Notes: a model not told the origin generated them from the letters alone. Positions 26,176 through 35,955 are shown, numbered from the stretch's first letter. The stretch: DNA of 40,277 nucleotides from an uncultured Desulfovibrio sp. (GCA_964413315.1 CAYPRZ010000002.1:1-40277); one strand, 5' to 3'. Made by a program: numbers and translations.

Positions 26176-29001
26176 ATGGTTGCCCAGAACACCGCTGAAA
26201 CCGATGAACAAATCATCGATCTTACAGAACTGATCGAAAAAGGCGAAGTTCCGGCAAGCGATCCGTCCGTGCAGTCTCAGGCCCATGCCGCCGCAGAGGC
26301 CGTGGCCGAAAAAGAAGAACTTCAGGAACATTTGCGTGATCTCAATGATGGCGCAGCCAAGGCAGATGCAGAAATTGACGACCTGCTGGCCCAAATGGAC
26401 ATCAAGGCTGACGAACAGGAAGACCCCGCAGACGTGGCGCTGGATTTTTCTGCCCCCTCCACGCTGACAGACCACCACATCGACCCCAACGAGCAACTCA
26501 ACATGCCGGGCATGGGCGAGGTGGACAGTTTGCTGAACTCGCTCGATATTCCCCCGCAGCCCTCTGAACGCGAAGCCGAAGTGGCCTCGCCGGATAGCAC
26601 TGACCCGGCGGTGGATGCCCTGCTGAACGACTTTAACGCGCCCGCTGCGCCCGCTGCTCCCGCTGCCGCTCCTGTGGCAGCAAACCACGCCGTACATGAT
26701 CTGGACGAATTGCTGGCCTCAGCGGGGCCCGCGCCGCAATCCGACACATCCAGTCAGATTGACGACCTGCTCAGCGAGGCGAGCCCCGCCGCTCCTGTGG
26801 CAGCCCCTGCCGCAGCTCCGCAAAAGACGTTTTCCAACGACGATCTAGACAGTCTGCTTGAAGCCGCCGGTGGGCAAGCCTCTGCGCCAAGCCCCATAAT
26901 GACGGCAGCGCCCGCTCCCCAACCCGTGGCAGCGCCGCAACCGGCCCCAAGCCCAAGCATGGACGTTGATATTGATAGCCTGTTGGCCGCAGCGGCCAAC
27001 GACATGCAGCATATTGACACTGCCGAGCCCGCAGCCGCGCCTGCCGATGCCCCAGCCCAGCCAGCTCCTGTTCAGGCAGCTCCGGCTGATATGGGCGCCG
27101 ACATGGGCGTGGATATTGACAGCCTGCTGGCAGCAGCGGCCAGCGACCTGCAACAAAACATTGATGCCGCCGCGCCCGAATCTGCACCTGCCGCCGCGCC
27201 CGCACCGGCCTCACCAACTGCTGCCGTTTCCAACGACGATCTAGACAGTCTGCTGGCAGCAGCCGCCGCAGATTTGGATGCAGAGCCCAGCCCTGGCCCA
27301 GCTTCGGCCCCGGCCCCAGCTTCGGCGCCGCAAGCGGACTCCGCTTCTGCCGACATGGGCGTGGACATCGACAGTCTGCTGGCAGCGGCTGCCAATGATC
27401 TGGAACAAACCCTTGATGCTGCTCAGCCAGAGGCCCCAGCCACGCCCGAAGCAGCGCTGGAAACCAATTCGGATGTTGCCACAGGGGCTCAGGCCGCGCC
27501 GCAGCCCGATCTTGACCTCGACCTAGATAGTCTGCTGGCTGCGGTGGACGCCCACGCCGCACCGCAACCTGCTGTAGAGCCGGAACCCGCGCCCGAAATG
27601 GCCGATCCTTTTGCTGCGGCGCAGCAAGCCGTTGCCGAAGCCGTCCAACCAGAGGCCGCGCCCGTGCCCGATATTGATAGCGAACAGATGCTAGAAGTAC
27701 AGCCCGAACCTGCGCTTGATCCCGCCGCTGACCTCACATTTGAGCCAGACGCGCAACCAGAATTTACAGCTGACGTACAGCCCGATGATACGGATATTCT
27801 GCCAGAAAATCCGGCTCAGGATGCAGCCGCAGAAACAGCAGCAGATACGCCCGCAGACACAGTGACAGGTACAGAAACAGATACTGCGGCAGAAACTGCG
27901 ACAGACACAGAGTCAGACGCTGACACGGTTGCAGAACCAGCGGCAGATATTGAGGCCATGATGGCAGCGGCCTCTGGCGAGGCTCTTGCCGCCGATGGCT
28001 CGGCAGAACAGGATATTCCCGCCGAATCGGTAGACGATTTGCTGGCCGCCATGTCTGCTGATCTTTCAGAAGAACCCGTGGCCGAGACCGCGCTGGAATC
28101 CGCTGCTGTGGGCGACCCCTCGATTAAAGACAGCGTGCCCCTTTTAGAGCCTGTTGCCGAGCCAGATGTAGAGTTTGAGGAAGAACCCATGGCTGCTGAC
28201 CCATACGCTGCAACAGAAGCTGCCCTAGACGCGGGCACAGACGCTGCAACAGAAGCTGCCGCAGATGCAGAGATCGAGCGCTTGCTGCCTGAAATTCATG
28301 ATGCTGAAACATCTCCGGCGGCGCTTGCAGCGCAGCAGCAGGACGATACCGATCCCACGGGTCTGGAATCGCAAGCCGCGCTGGACGCAACCCTTGCGGC
28401 TGTTTCAGCCGAAGCACTTGAAGCCGTTATGACTCAAGCCAACGAGGCTTCTTCACACGCGCTTGATGCCTTTGCTCAGGCCTTTGACGCCTCCACCCGC
28501 GCGGCAGACGCAGCCAGTGCTGTGGACACACTTGCCGTCCGCGTTGAACACTGCGAAAGAGCCCTGCAAGAGGCGGGCGAGCGCATTATCGCGCTTGAAA
28601 CCGCTTTGGAGTCGCATATTGCGGCCTTGCACAACCTGACCGCAACAGCCCTGCCCCGTCAGGAGCTGGAGGGCATGTTTATGGAAGGGCATCCCCTGCA
28701 CCAAGGCCTTATGGAGTGCATTAGCAAGGCTGTTGCCGAAACGCTGGCCGCAGCGCCAGCCGCCGCACCGACCGCAGCACTGGCCCCGGCCCAGAACACA
28801 GCGGCAGACGTGCAAGCCCTTATTGACGAGCATCTGCAACCAGTTATCACTGCGGCACGCATTGCCACTGCGCGCATCGATTCCCTTGAAAGCCGCCTTG
28901 ATGCCCTTGAACCCCGCTTCAACGACAGGATCGAAAAGGCCGCTGCAGCTGCCGCAGCGCGCATTCTGCGCGAAGAAATCAGCCGCCTTCTGGAAGAATA
29001 G
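26176..29001 (+). CDS. 941-aa acidic Ala/Pro-rich repeat protein with helical C-terminus (hypothetical polar scaffold)
   Basis: Long ORF with GAGG RBS, 12 [IVL]D[DSAE]LL motifs and no TM or signal peptide; C-terminus RILREEISRLLEE. Confidence 0.85.
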   Translation: MVAQNTAETDEQIIDLTELIEKGEVPASDPSVQSQAHAAAEAVAEKEELQEHLRDLNDGAAKADAEIDDLLAQMDIKADEQEDPADVALDFSAPSTLTDHHIDPNEQLNMPGMGEVDSLLNSLDIPPQPSEREAEVASPDSTDPAVDALLNDFNAPAAPAAPAAAPVAANHAVHDLDELLASAGPAPQSDTSSQIDDLLSEASPAAPVAAPAAAPQKTFSNDDLDSLLEAAGGQASAPSPIMTAAPAPQPVAAPQPAPSPSMDVDIDSLLAAAANDMQHIDTAEPAAAPADAPAQPAPVQAAPADMGADMGVDIDSLLAAAASDLQQNIDAAAPESAPAAAPAPASPTAAVSNDDLDSLLAAAAADLDAEPSPGPASAPAPASAPQADSASADMGVDIDSLLAAAANDLEQTLDAAQPEAPATPEAALETNSDVATGAQAAPQPDLDLDLDSLLAAVDAHAAPQPAVEPEPAPEMADPFAAAQQAVAEAVQPEAAPVPDIDSEQMLEVQPEPALDPAADLTFEPDAQPEFTADVQPDDTDILPENPAQDAAAETAADTPADTVTGTETDTAAETATDTESDADTVAEPAADIEAMMAAASGEALAADGSAEQDIPAESVDDLLAAMSADLSEEPVAETALESAAVGDPSIKDSVPLLEPVAEPDVEFEEEPMAADPYAATEAALDAGTDAATEAAADAEIERLLPEIHDAETSPAALAAQQQDDTDPTGLESQAALDATLAAVSAEALEAVMTQANEASSHALDAFAQAFDASTRAADAASAVDTLAVRVEHCERALQEAGERIIALETALESHIAALHNLTATALPRQELEGMFMEGHPLHQGLMECISKAVAETLAAAPAAAPTAALAPAQNTAADVQALIDEHLQPVITAARIATARIDSLESRLDALEPRFNDRIEKAAAAAAARILREEISRLLEE

Positions 29002-29306
29002 CCGGCGGCTCAGCCTGTTGCGCGTGGCAAGCCCACGGTGCGGGCAGGGCATATTGTCCGCGCAGCAAATCAACGCGCTCAGGCGGCAAGGCACACTGGC
29101 CTTGCAAATGACAAGCGGAACGCATATGCTGTTGCGCGGTTTCGCGGGCGCTGTTCCGCGATTCTTACTACTAAAAAAAGGGGCGGGGGCTGTTGCTTCC
29201 GTTTCTTAACCCGTCCAGGCAATACCCGCTGTGGGTCTTGGCCATTCCCCAAAGGGGCGGGTTTTCATTTTTGCCGTGCCCTTAAGGGCCGGAAGCTGAG
29301 GCTCAA

Positions 29307-29477
29307 ATGGATAAGGATCGCAAGGAAGCCTTGCAGGTTGCCAAGGAACTGACCGCTAAATTCATTGAAACGCGCACGGTTTCCCCCAGCAATTTTGCCG
29401 AGGTGTTTCCCTCGGTCTACCGGGTTGTCTGCGCTGCCATCGGCGTTGATGCCGGCCAGGACAAGGGCGAAAAATAA
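29307..29477 (+). CDS. 56-aa small protein, absent from the ORF track
   Basis: MDKDRKEALQVAKELTAKFIETRTVSPSNFAEVFPSVYRVVCAAIGVDAGQDKGEK; GAGG RBS; stop is 1 nt before the GTG of the next gene. Confidence 0.8.
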   Translation: MDKDRKEALQVAKELTAKFIETRTVSPSNFAEVFPSVYRVVCAAIGVDAGQDKGEK

Positions 29478-29478
29478 C

Positions 29479-30219
29479 GTGGACACTTCACGCAACACCG
29501 CCGCAGAGCCCGCCGCCAAGCCCGCGCACGATGCCGCCGTGGCTGGCATGTTTGGCCGCATTGTGCCTTTTTACGATCTGCTCAACCGCGTGCTGAGCCT
29601 CGGCCTTGACCAGTACTGGCGCAAGGTGCTGGCACAAAACGTGCGTCTGGGCGATACAGGCCGCGTACTTGATCTGGCCGCTGGCACGCTTGATGTTTCG
29701 CTGGCCATTCGCCGCCGCTACCCCACGGCCACGGTTCCGGCTATGGATTTTTGCCCGCCCATGCTGGTGCGCGGCAGCCGCAAGCTTAAAGATGCCAACG
29801 CCCGTAGCATCCTGCCCGTGGCGGCCGATGCCAAGCGCCTGCCTCTGCCCGATGCCTCGGTTGACTGCATTACCATTGCCTTTGGCATTCGCAATATTCT
29901 GCCCCGCGAGGCGGCCTTTGCCGAAATGCTGCGCGTTCTACGCCCCGGCGGCAGGGCCTGCATTCTTGAATTTGGCTCCGGGCAGGAACGTATCTGGGGC
30001 GGGCTGTACAACGTGTATCTCAACCACCTGCTGCCGCGCGTGGGCAAGATTTTTTCAAAAGATCCCGGCGCATATGAATACCTTGCCGATACCATCCGCA
30101 AGTTTCCGTCTGCCCGCAGCCTTGAACAGGAAATGCGCACAGCTGGCTTTGAACGCGCATGGCACGAAAAGCTCACTTCCGGCATTGTTTGTCTGCATGT
30201 GGGGGAAAAAGCGCGCTAG
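29479..30219 (+). CDS. ubiE: Demethylmenaquinone methyltransferase (UbiE/MenG)
   Basis: YDLLNRVLSLGLDQYWR, VLDLAAGTLD, IAFGIRN, EMLRVLRPGG and AYEYLADTI. Confidence 0.93.
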   Translation: MDTSRNTAAEPAAKPAHDAAVAGMFGRIVPFYDLLNRVLSLGLDQYWRKVLAQNVRLGDTGRVLDLAAGTLDVSLAIRRRYPTATVPAMDFCPPMLVRGSRKLKDANARSILPVAADAKRLPLPDASVDCITIAFGIRNILPREAAFAEMLRVLRPGGRACILEFGSGQERIWGGLYNVYLNHLLPRVGKIFSKDPGAYEYLADTIRKFPSARSLEQEMRTAGFERAWHEKLTSGIVCLHVGEKAR

Positions 30220-30355
30220 GTATCGCGCCCAGCACGAAAATGCGGGCGGCTCAACGTGATAAAACTTCAGGGGCTGTTAATACTACCCGCGAGAAATTTT
30301 GTTCCCTGCTTGCATCAAAAAGCAGGGAGCAAAAGAGCCATAGAAGGAACAGGCC

Positions 30356-30553
30356 CTAGCGGCAGGCCAAGGCCACAAGCCCAAGCCCCACGGCCAGAGC
30401 AAACAGGCCAACGATGCGTAGGCGGCTCTCTGGCAAAGGTAGCAGTTGCAGCAGGGCGCGCCGCATGCCACCGGGAAACAGCGTCCAGCAAAGGCCTTCA
30501 ATGATGATGGCCAGCCCCAAGGCACGCAAAAACAGAGTATAGTCGAATTTCAT
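30356..30553 (-). CDS. DUF2065-family small membrane protein
   Basis: 65 aa, ALGLAIIIEGLCWTLFP...LRIVGL. Confidence 0.8.
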   Translation of the reverse strand: MKFDYTLFLRALGLAIIIEGLCWTLFPGGMRRALLQLLPLPESRLRIVGLFALAVGLGLVALACR

Positions 30554-30696
30554 GGTTTTCTGGTGACGGAAAATCGCTGTTTTGTAAAGGAACGAATCAT
30601 GGCTGCTTGCAACGCACTGCGCACAAGCCATACCCTGTCCAGCCAGTTTTGCCCCGCACTACGCGCAGCGCTGTGTACAGAGAGAGGCGCAAGCCT

Positions 30697-31437
30697 GTGA
30701 GTCTGCTGCTCTGCGCTGCCACTGGCCCGGAACTGGCAGGCCTTGTGCCGGGGTTCGTACCTGAAGGTTTTTCTGCCTCTGCGGCAAAAACATGGCCAGA
30801 GATGCGCCTGTGGCCCCTGCGCCTCAAATGCGGCGCGGCATTATGCTGCATTACGGGGGTGGGGCCGGTAAACGCGGCTCTTGCCATGGGCCTTGCGCTA
30901 GCAAGGGCTGCTGCCGAGGGCACGCCTGTAACGGCAGTACTCAATGCGGGCCTTGCCGGAGCCTTTGAGCTAGGGCAACACCCCCTGCGGGCACTGTGCC
31001 ATGTGCAGGAAGAAATCTGGCCCGAATACGGGCTGCACGATGGACACTCGGTAACGGCAGAGGCTTTTGGTTTTCCGCAGTGGCAACCAGCACAGGGGCC
31101 AACTGTGCGCGACCGCATTACGCTGGCGGGCCTAGAGGCTCTGGCTGCCTTTGGCGCTAACGCGCAAGGCCCAACCTTTTTGCCCTGCACATCGCTTACG
31201 GTGGCCGGGGTAAGTGCCAGTTTTTCGCGGGCAGCAGACCTGCGTGCCCGCTATGCAGCCGGGCTTGAAAATATGGAAGGCTTTGCCGTGGCCTACGCAT
31301 GCGCCCGCATGGGCATTGCCTGCGTGGGCATACGCAGCGTTTCCAACAAGGTTGGGCCGCGAGCCCAGGACGAAAAGGATTTTCCCGGTGCGCTGGCAGC
31401 GCTCAAGCGGGTATTGCCCGCGCTTAACCTCATCTGA
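30697..31437 (+). CDS. mqnB: Futalosine hydrolase
   Basis: PNP/MTAN fold motifs TGVGPVNAA, NAGLAGAF, ENMEGFAVAYA and RSVSNKVGPR; menaquinone gene context. Confidence 0.85.
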   Translation: MSLLLCAATGPELAGLVPGFVPEGFSASAAKTWPEMRLWPLRLKCGAALCCITGVGPVNAALAMGLALARAAAEGTPVTAVLNAGLAGAFELGQHPLRALCHVQEEIWPEYGLHDGHSVTAEAFGFPQWQPAQGPTVRDRITLAGLEALAAFGANAQGPTFLPCTSLTVAGVSASFSRAADLRARYAAGLENMEGFAVAYACARMGIACVGIRSVSNKVGPRAQDEKDFPGALAALKRVLPALNLI

Positions 31438-31444
31438 GTAGCAT

Positions 31445-32410
31445 ATGATCCAACTGAAAGCACGTCTGGCTCTTGAGCTGCCCGGCATCAACCGCGCCCT
31501 GAACAAGGCCGTGGATACACTGCCGGAACCTGTACGGCCTGTGGCCCGCCACATTTTTGATGCGGGCGGCAAACGTCTGCGCCCCCTGCTTACCGTGCTT
31601 ACGTCGCGCCTGTTGGGCCACGAGAGCAAGAACATACAGGATCTGGCCATCACGCTTGAAATGCTGCACGCCGCAACCCTGCTGCACGATGATGTGCTGG
31701 ACAATGCCGTGAGCCGCCGGGGCAAACCCGCCGCCCACACGATTTTTGACGTTTCAAGCGTCATTCTTGCGGGCGATGCCCTTCTGGCCGGGGCCAACGC
31801 TCTGGTGGCAAATTACGGCGATACCCGCCTGACCCGCTGTTTTTCAGAGGCCACCAGCCGCACGGCTGCGGGCGAAATACTTGAAATCGCGGCCCAGCGC
31901 CGTGTGGATTCCAGCAGTGCAGACTATGAAGACATGGTTCGCGGCAAGACTGCATGGCTTATCCGCGCTGCCTGTGAAATGGGCGCTCTGGCCGCCGGGG
32001 CGGACGACGCCTGTGTGGCGGCAGCGGCAGCCTACGGCGAAAATCTTGGCATGGCCTTTCAGATGGTGGACGATGCCCTTGATTTTGCGCCCGAAAGCGT
32101 CACGGGCAAGCCCACTGGCGGTGACGTGCGCGAGGGCAAGCTTACGCCGCCCCTGCGCCTGTACCGCGACAGCCTAAGTGCCGAGGGACGCAGCGCCTTT
32201 GACGCCGCCTTCTGCGCCGGGCTTATGACCGAAGCTGACGCCGCTAGCATTGCCGAGAGCATTCGGCAAGCCGGTTATGACGACGCTGTGCGCCGTCAGG
32301 CAGATGATTTTCTTGACGCGGCAAGGCAGGCATTGGAAACTCTGCCTGACAGGCCTGAGCGTGAGCTCATGCGCCAAATGGCCGACTACGTGCGCGACAG
32401 AAAAAAGTAA
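31445..32410 (+). CDS. Polyprenyl-diphosphate synthase (IspB-like)
   Basis: GGKRLRP, LHDDVLD...RRG, KTA and FQMVDDALD. Confidence 0.93.
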   Translation: MIQLKARLALELPGINRALNKAVDTLPEPVRPVARHIFDAGGKRLRPLLTVLTSRLLGHESKNIQDLAITLEMLHAATLLHDDVLDNAVSRRGKPAAHTIFDVSSVILAGDALLAGANALVANYGDTRLTRCFSEATSRTAAGEILEIAAQRRVDSSSADYEDMVRGKTAWLIRAACEMGALAAGADDACVAAAAAYGENLGMAFQMVDDALDFAPESVTGKPTGGDVREGKLTPPLRLYRDSLSAEGRSAFDAAFCAGLMTEADAASIAESIRQAGYDDAVRRQADDFLDAARQALETLPDRPERELMRQMADYVRDRKK

Positions 32411-32428
32411 GCAGCCAAACCAAGAGGA

Positions 32429-35400
32429 ATGCAAACCATGCTCTACAGGGTGGAAACCGGCCCCCGCGCCGGACTCGACGATACCCAGGGCCGTAAGACG
32501 GCCCAGCACCTGCGCAAGGCGCTGAACATTTCTGTTTCTGGCGTGCGCCAGATCAAGGTCTTTACTGTGGACGGCCTCGATGCCGCACAGGTGGGGCGTC
32601 TGCTGGACGAAAGCATCTGGCACGACCCCATTCTTCAGGATGCCTCTCTTGAACCACTGCCCCTGCTCGACACCACGGCAGACTGGTTTGTGGAAGTGGG
32701 CTTCCGCCCCGGCGTGACGGACAACGAGGCCCGCACCGCGCGCGATACCGCCGCCATGGTGCTGGATATTCCGCGTGACAGCCTACGTGTGTACACTGCC
32801 GTGCAGTACCGCATCAGCAGCGACAAGGCCGCGCCTCTCACCCACGAACAGGTGGACATGCTGGCCCGCGACCTGCTCTGCAATACGCTTATCCAGCGTT
32901 ACCGCATCAAAAGCCGCCAAGAATGGGACGCCCAGCCGGGCTTTGAGGCACAGGCTGCAAGGGTCACGGGCGAAATCAACGATGCCGTTGACACCATCGC
33001 CCTGTCCTCCATGGACGACGATACCCTCACCAAGGCCAGCCGCGAAAATACTTGGGCTCTGAACCTCAAGGAAATGCACTGCATCCGCGAGCAGTTCACC
33101 GCCCCGGCCGAAGCCGACCGCCGCAAGGCCCTTGGCCTGCCCGCCGACCCTACCGATGTGGAAATGGAAGTGCTGGCCCAGACATGGTCTGAGCACTGCA
33201 AACACAAGATTTTTGCCTCGCGCATCAATTATACCGATGCCGCCACTGGCCGCAGTGAAGTGGTGGACAACCTGTACAAGACCTGCATTCGTGACGCCAC
33301 AGCCATGCTGCGTGAGCGCATGGGCGAAAACGACTACTGCAAGTCTGTGTTCAAGGACAATGCGGGCGTTATTTCCTTCATCAATGGCTACGATGCCTGC
33401 ATCAAGGTAGAGACCCACAACAGCCCCTCTGCGCTCGACCCTTACGGCGGCGCACTTACCGGTATTGTGGGCGTCAACCGCGACCCCATGGGCACGGGCA
33501 TGGGCGCAGAGCTGGTGTGCAATACCGACGTGTTCTGCTTTGCCTCGCCCTTCCACGACAAAAACCTGCCCCCGCGTCTGCTGCACCCCCGCCGCGTGCT
33601 TGAGGGCGTGCGCGAAGGCGTGGAACACGGCGGCAACAAGTCGGGCATTCCCACGGTCAACGGTTCGCTGGTCTTTGACGAGCGCTACCTTGGCAAGCCG
33701 CTGGTGTACTGCGGCACGGTGGGCATTATTCCCGCCGAGCTGCATGGCCGCCCCGGCTGGTTCAAACAGGCCGAGGAAGGCGACTATATCGTCATGACCG
33801 GCGGCCGCATTGGCAAGGACGGCATCCACGGCGCAACCTTCTCGTCTGAAGAGCTGCACGAGGGTTCGCCCGCCACTGCCGTACAGATTGGCGACCCCAT
33901 CACCCAGCGCAAGATGTACGACTTCATCATGCGCGCACGCGACATGGGCCTCTACCATGCCATCACCGACAACGGCGCTGGCGGCCTTTCCTCCTCTGTG
34001 GGCGAAATGGCCGAAGACACAGGCGGCTGCGTACTGGATATTGCCAAGGCCCCGCTGAAATACGACGGTCTGCGCCCTTGGGAAATTCTGCTCTCCGAAG
34101 CGCAGGAACGCATGACCCTTGCCGTGCCCGCTGAAAAGCTGGACGAATTCATGGCCCTTGCCAAGCGCATGGATGTGGAAGCCACGGCTCTTGGCCGCTT
34201 CACCACCTCTGGCTACTTTGAGGTGCGCTACCACGACCGCATCATTGCCTCCATGCCCATGGAATTCATGCACGAGGGCGTGCCGCAGCTGGAGCTGGAA
34301 GCCGAATGGAAGGCCCCGGAAACCACTGATGTTACCGTGGATGTGGCCGCAGTTGAACAAACCGCCTTTTTGCAGCGCATGCTGGGCACGCTCAACATCT
34401 GCTCCAAAGAATATATTATCCGCCAGTATGACCACGAAGTGCGTGGCGGCAGCGTGGTGAAGCCCCTTGTGGGCGTGAAGCGCGACGGCCCCGCCGATGC
34501 GGGCGTTATCCGCCCCTTGCTGGAATCGGACGCGGGCCTTGTGATCTCGCACGGCATCTGCCCCAAGTTCAGCGATTACGATACCTACTGGATGATGGCC
34601 AACGCCATGGACGAAGCCATCCGCAATGCCGTGGCCGTGGGTGCAGACCCCGATGCCTTGGCCGGTGTGGACAACTTCTGCTGGTGCGACCCCGTGGTCA
34701 GCCCCTCCAATCCCGATGGCCGCTACAAGCTGGCCCAGCTAGTTCGCGCCTGCCGCGCCCTGCGGCAGTTCTCGCTGGCCTTTGGCGTGCCCTGCATTTC
34801 GGGCAAAGACTCCATGAAGAATGACTACACCGGCGGTGGCGAGCGCATTTCCATTCCGCCCACTGTGCTGTTCTCCATCATGGGTGTCATGCGCAATGTC
34901 ACAGCCGCGCAGACCTCTGACTTCAAACAGCCCGGCGACGCCATCTACGTGCTTGGCGGCACTTGGCGCGAAATGGCGGGCAGCGAAGCCGCCACAGAAC
35001 TGGGGCTCAGGGGTGGCCGCGTGCCCCATGTGGACGCAGCCAGCGCCATGCAGCGCTACCGCGCGGTCAACGCCCTCATGGGGCAGCGTGCCTTTTCGGC
35101 CTGCCACGACTGCTCTGACGGCGGCCTTGCCGTGGCCATTGCAGAAATGTGCATAGGCGGCCGCTTGGGTGCGGAGATTGATCTGGATGCCGTGCCCGCA
35201 CTGGACGCCATGAACGTGACCGAGCTGCTGTACAGCGAAAGCGCCAGCCGTCTGGTTGTGAGCGTCAAGCCCGACCTCGCCATGATTCTGGATGCCCTTG
35301 GCCAGTGGCAGCTCTGCGCACGCATTGGCACGGTCACCGGCTCTGGCCAGCTGACCATGAAGTCTGGCGACAGCGTGATCGTGAACTCTTCGGTGGAAGA

Positions 35401-35437
35401 TCTGGCCCGCGCCTTTAAACGGACGCTGGACTGGTAA
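32429..35437 (+). CDS. purL: Phosphoribosylformylglycinamidine synthase, synthetase subunit with PurS-like N-terminal region and no glutaminase domain
   Basis: QTWSEHCKHKIF, KVETHNSPS, DNGAGG, SEAQERM, SGKDSM and HDCSDGG. Confidence 0.95.
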   Translation: MQTMLYRVETGPRAGLDDTQGRKTAQHLRKALNISVSGVRQIKVFTVDGLDAAQVGRLLDESIWHDPILQDASLEPLPLLDTTADWFVEVGFRPGVTDNEARTARDTAAMVLDIPRDSLRVYTAVQYRISSDKAAPLTHEQVDMLARDLLCNTLIQRYRIKSRQEWDAQPGFEAQAARVTGEINDAVDTIALSSMDDDTLTKASRENTWALNLKEMHCIREQFTAPAEADRRKALGLPADPTDVEMEVLAQTWSEHCKHKIFASRINYTDAATGRSEVVDNLYKTCIRDATAMLRERMGENDYCKSVFKDNAGVISFINGYDACIKVETHNSPSALDPYGGALTGIVGVNRDPMGTGMGAELVCNTDVFCFASPFHDKNLPPRLLHPRRVLEGVREGVEHGGNKSGIPTVNGSLVFDERYLGKPLVYCGTVGIIPAELHGRPGWFKQAEEGDYIVMTGGRIGKDGIHGATFSSEELHEGSPATAVQIGDPITQRKMYDFIMRARDMGLYHAITDNGAGGLSSSVGEMAEDTGGCVLDIAKAPLKYDGLRPWEILLSEAQERMTLAVPAEKLDEFMALAKRMDVEATALGRFTTSGYFEVRYHDRIIASMPMEFMHEGVPQLELEAEWKAPETTDVTVDVAAVEQTAFLQRMLGTLNICSKEYIIRQYDHEVRGGSVVKPLVGVKRDGPADAGVIRPLLESDAGLVISHGICPKFSDYDTYWMMANAMDEAIRNAVAVGADPDALAGVDNFCWCDPVVSPSNPDGRYKLAQLVRACRALRQFSLAFGVPCISGKDSMKNDYTGGGERISIPPTVLFSIMGVMRNVTAAQTSDFKQPGDAIYVLGGTWREMAGSEAATELGLRGGRVPHVDAASAMQRYRAVNALMGQRAFSACHDCSDGGLAVAIAEMCIGGRLGAEIDLDAVPALDAMNVTELLYSESASRLVVSVKPDLAMILDALGQWQLCARIGTVTGSGQLTMKSGDSVIVNSSVEDLARAFKRTLDW

Positions 35438-35465
35438 GCCCCAACAACTAGAGCTGCATAATTGC

Positions 35466-35500
35466 AAAGGGCAGATGGCTGAGGCCGTCTGCCCTTTTTT
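35466..35500 (+). terminator. Intrinsic terminator after purL
   Basis: AAAGGGCAGATGGC-TGAG-GCCGTCTGCCCTTT followed by Ts. Confidence 0.8.
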
Positions 35501-35767
35501 GGGGGCTTTTTGGGGAGCTTTTTGCACTTTTTTGTTGGCCCTTTTACCTTCCCAGCTCTGCACTTTGGGCTGGCTGGGTTCGGCCAAATTTCTGCCCGCC
35601 TTTCATCTTTCTCAACTCGGCCTGACGGGTCATAGCTGTTTTAAGCCAATCGGCATTTCTTTTTTTTGCGATCAAAAATCTGCCAGTTTCCTAGCTCTGC
35701 ACTGCTAATTTTGTAATTCTCTAGACTATTTTTTGTTTAACACGCTGAATTAAAAGAATTAATCAGT

Positions 35768-35797
35768 TTGACACCGGGCTTTTTTTTGCTGTATAGT
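35768..35797 (+). promoter_or_regulatory. Sigma70 promoter of rlpA
   Basis: TTGACA-18 nt-TATAGT. Confidence 0.65.
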
Positions 35798-35955
35798 CCC
35801 TTAACAAAGAATAGGCATTCCCCTGGGGAACCGATGGACGTGGAGCGCAAGGCGCGCTTGCTGCCATCATTGTAAGGTTTCTGGGGTCAGAACCGCGGGC
35901 GCGGTTCGCCCGGCAATTTCGCTGGTCAGCCTCGAACTCTAACAAAGGAACGATC

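Noticed and set aside
32783-34552. 589-aa minus-strand ORF
   Set aside because: Antisense to purL.
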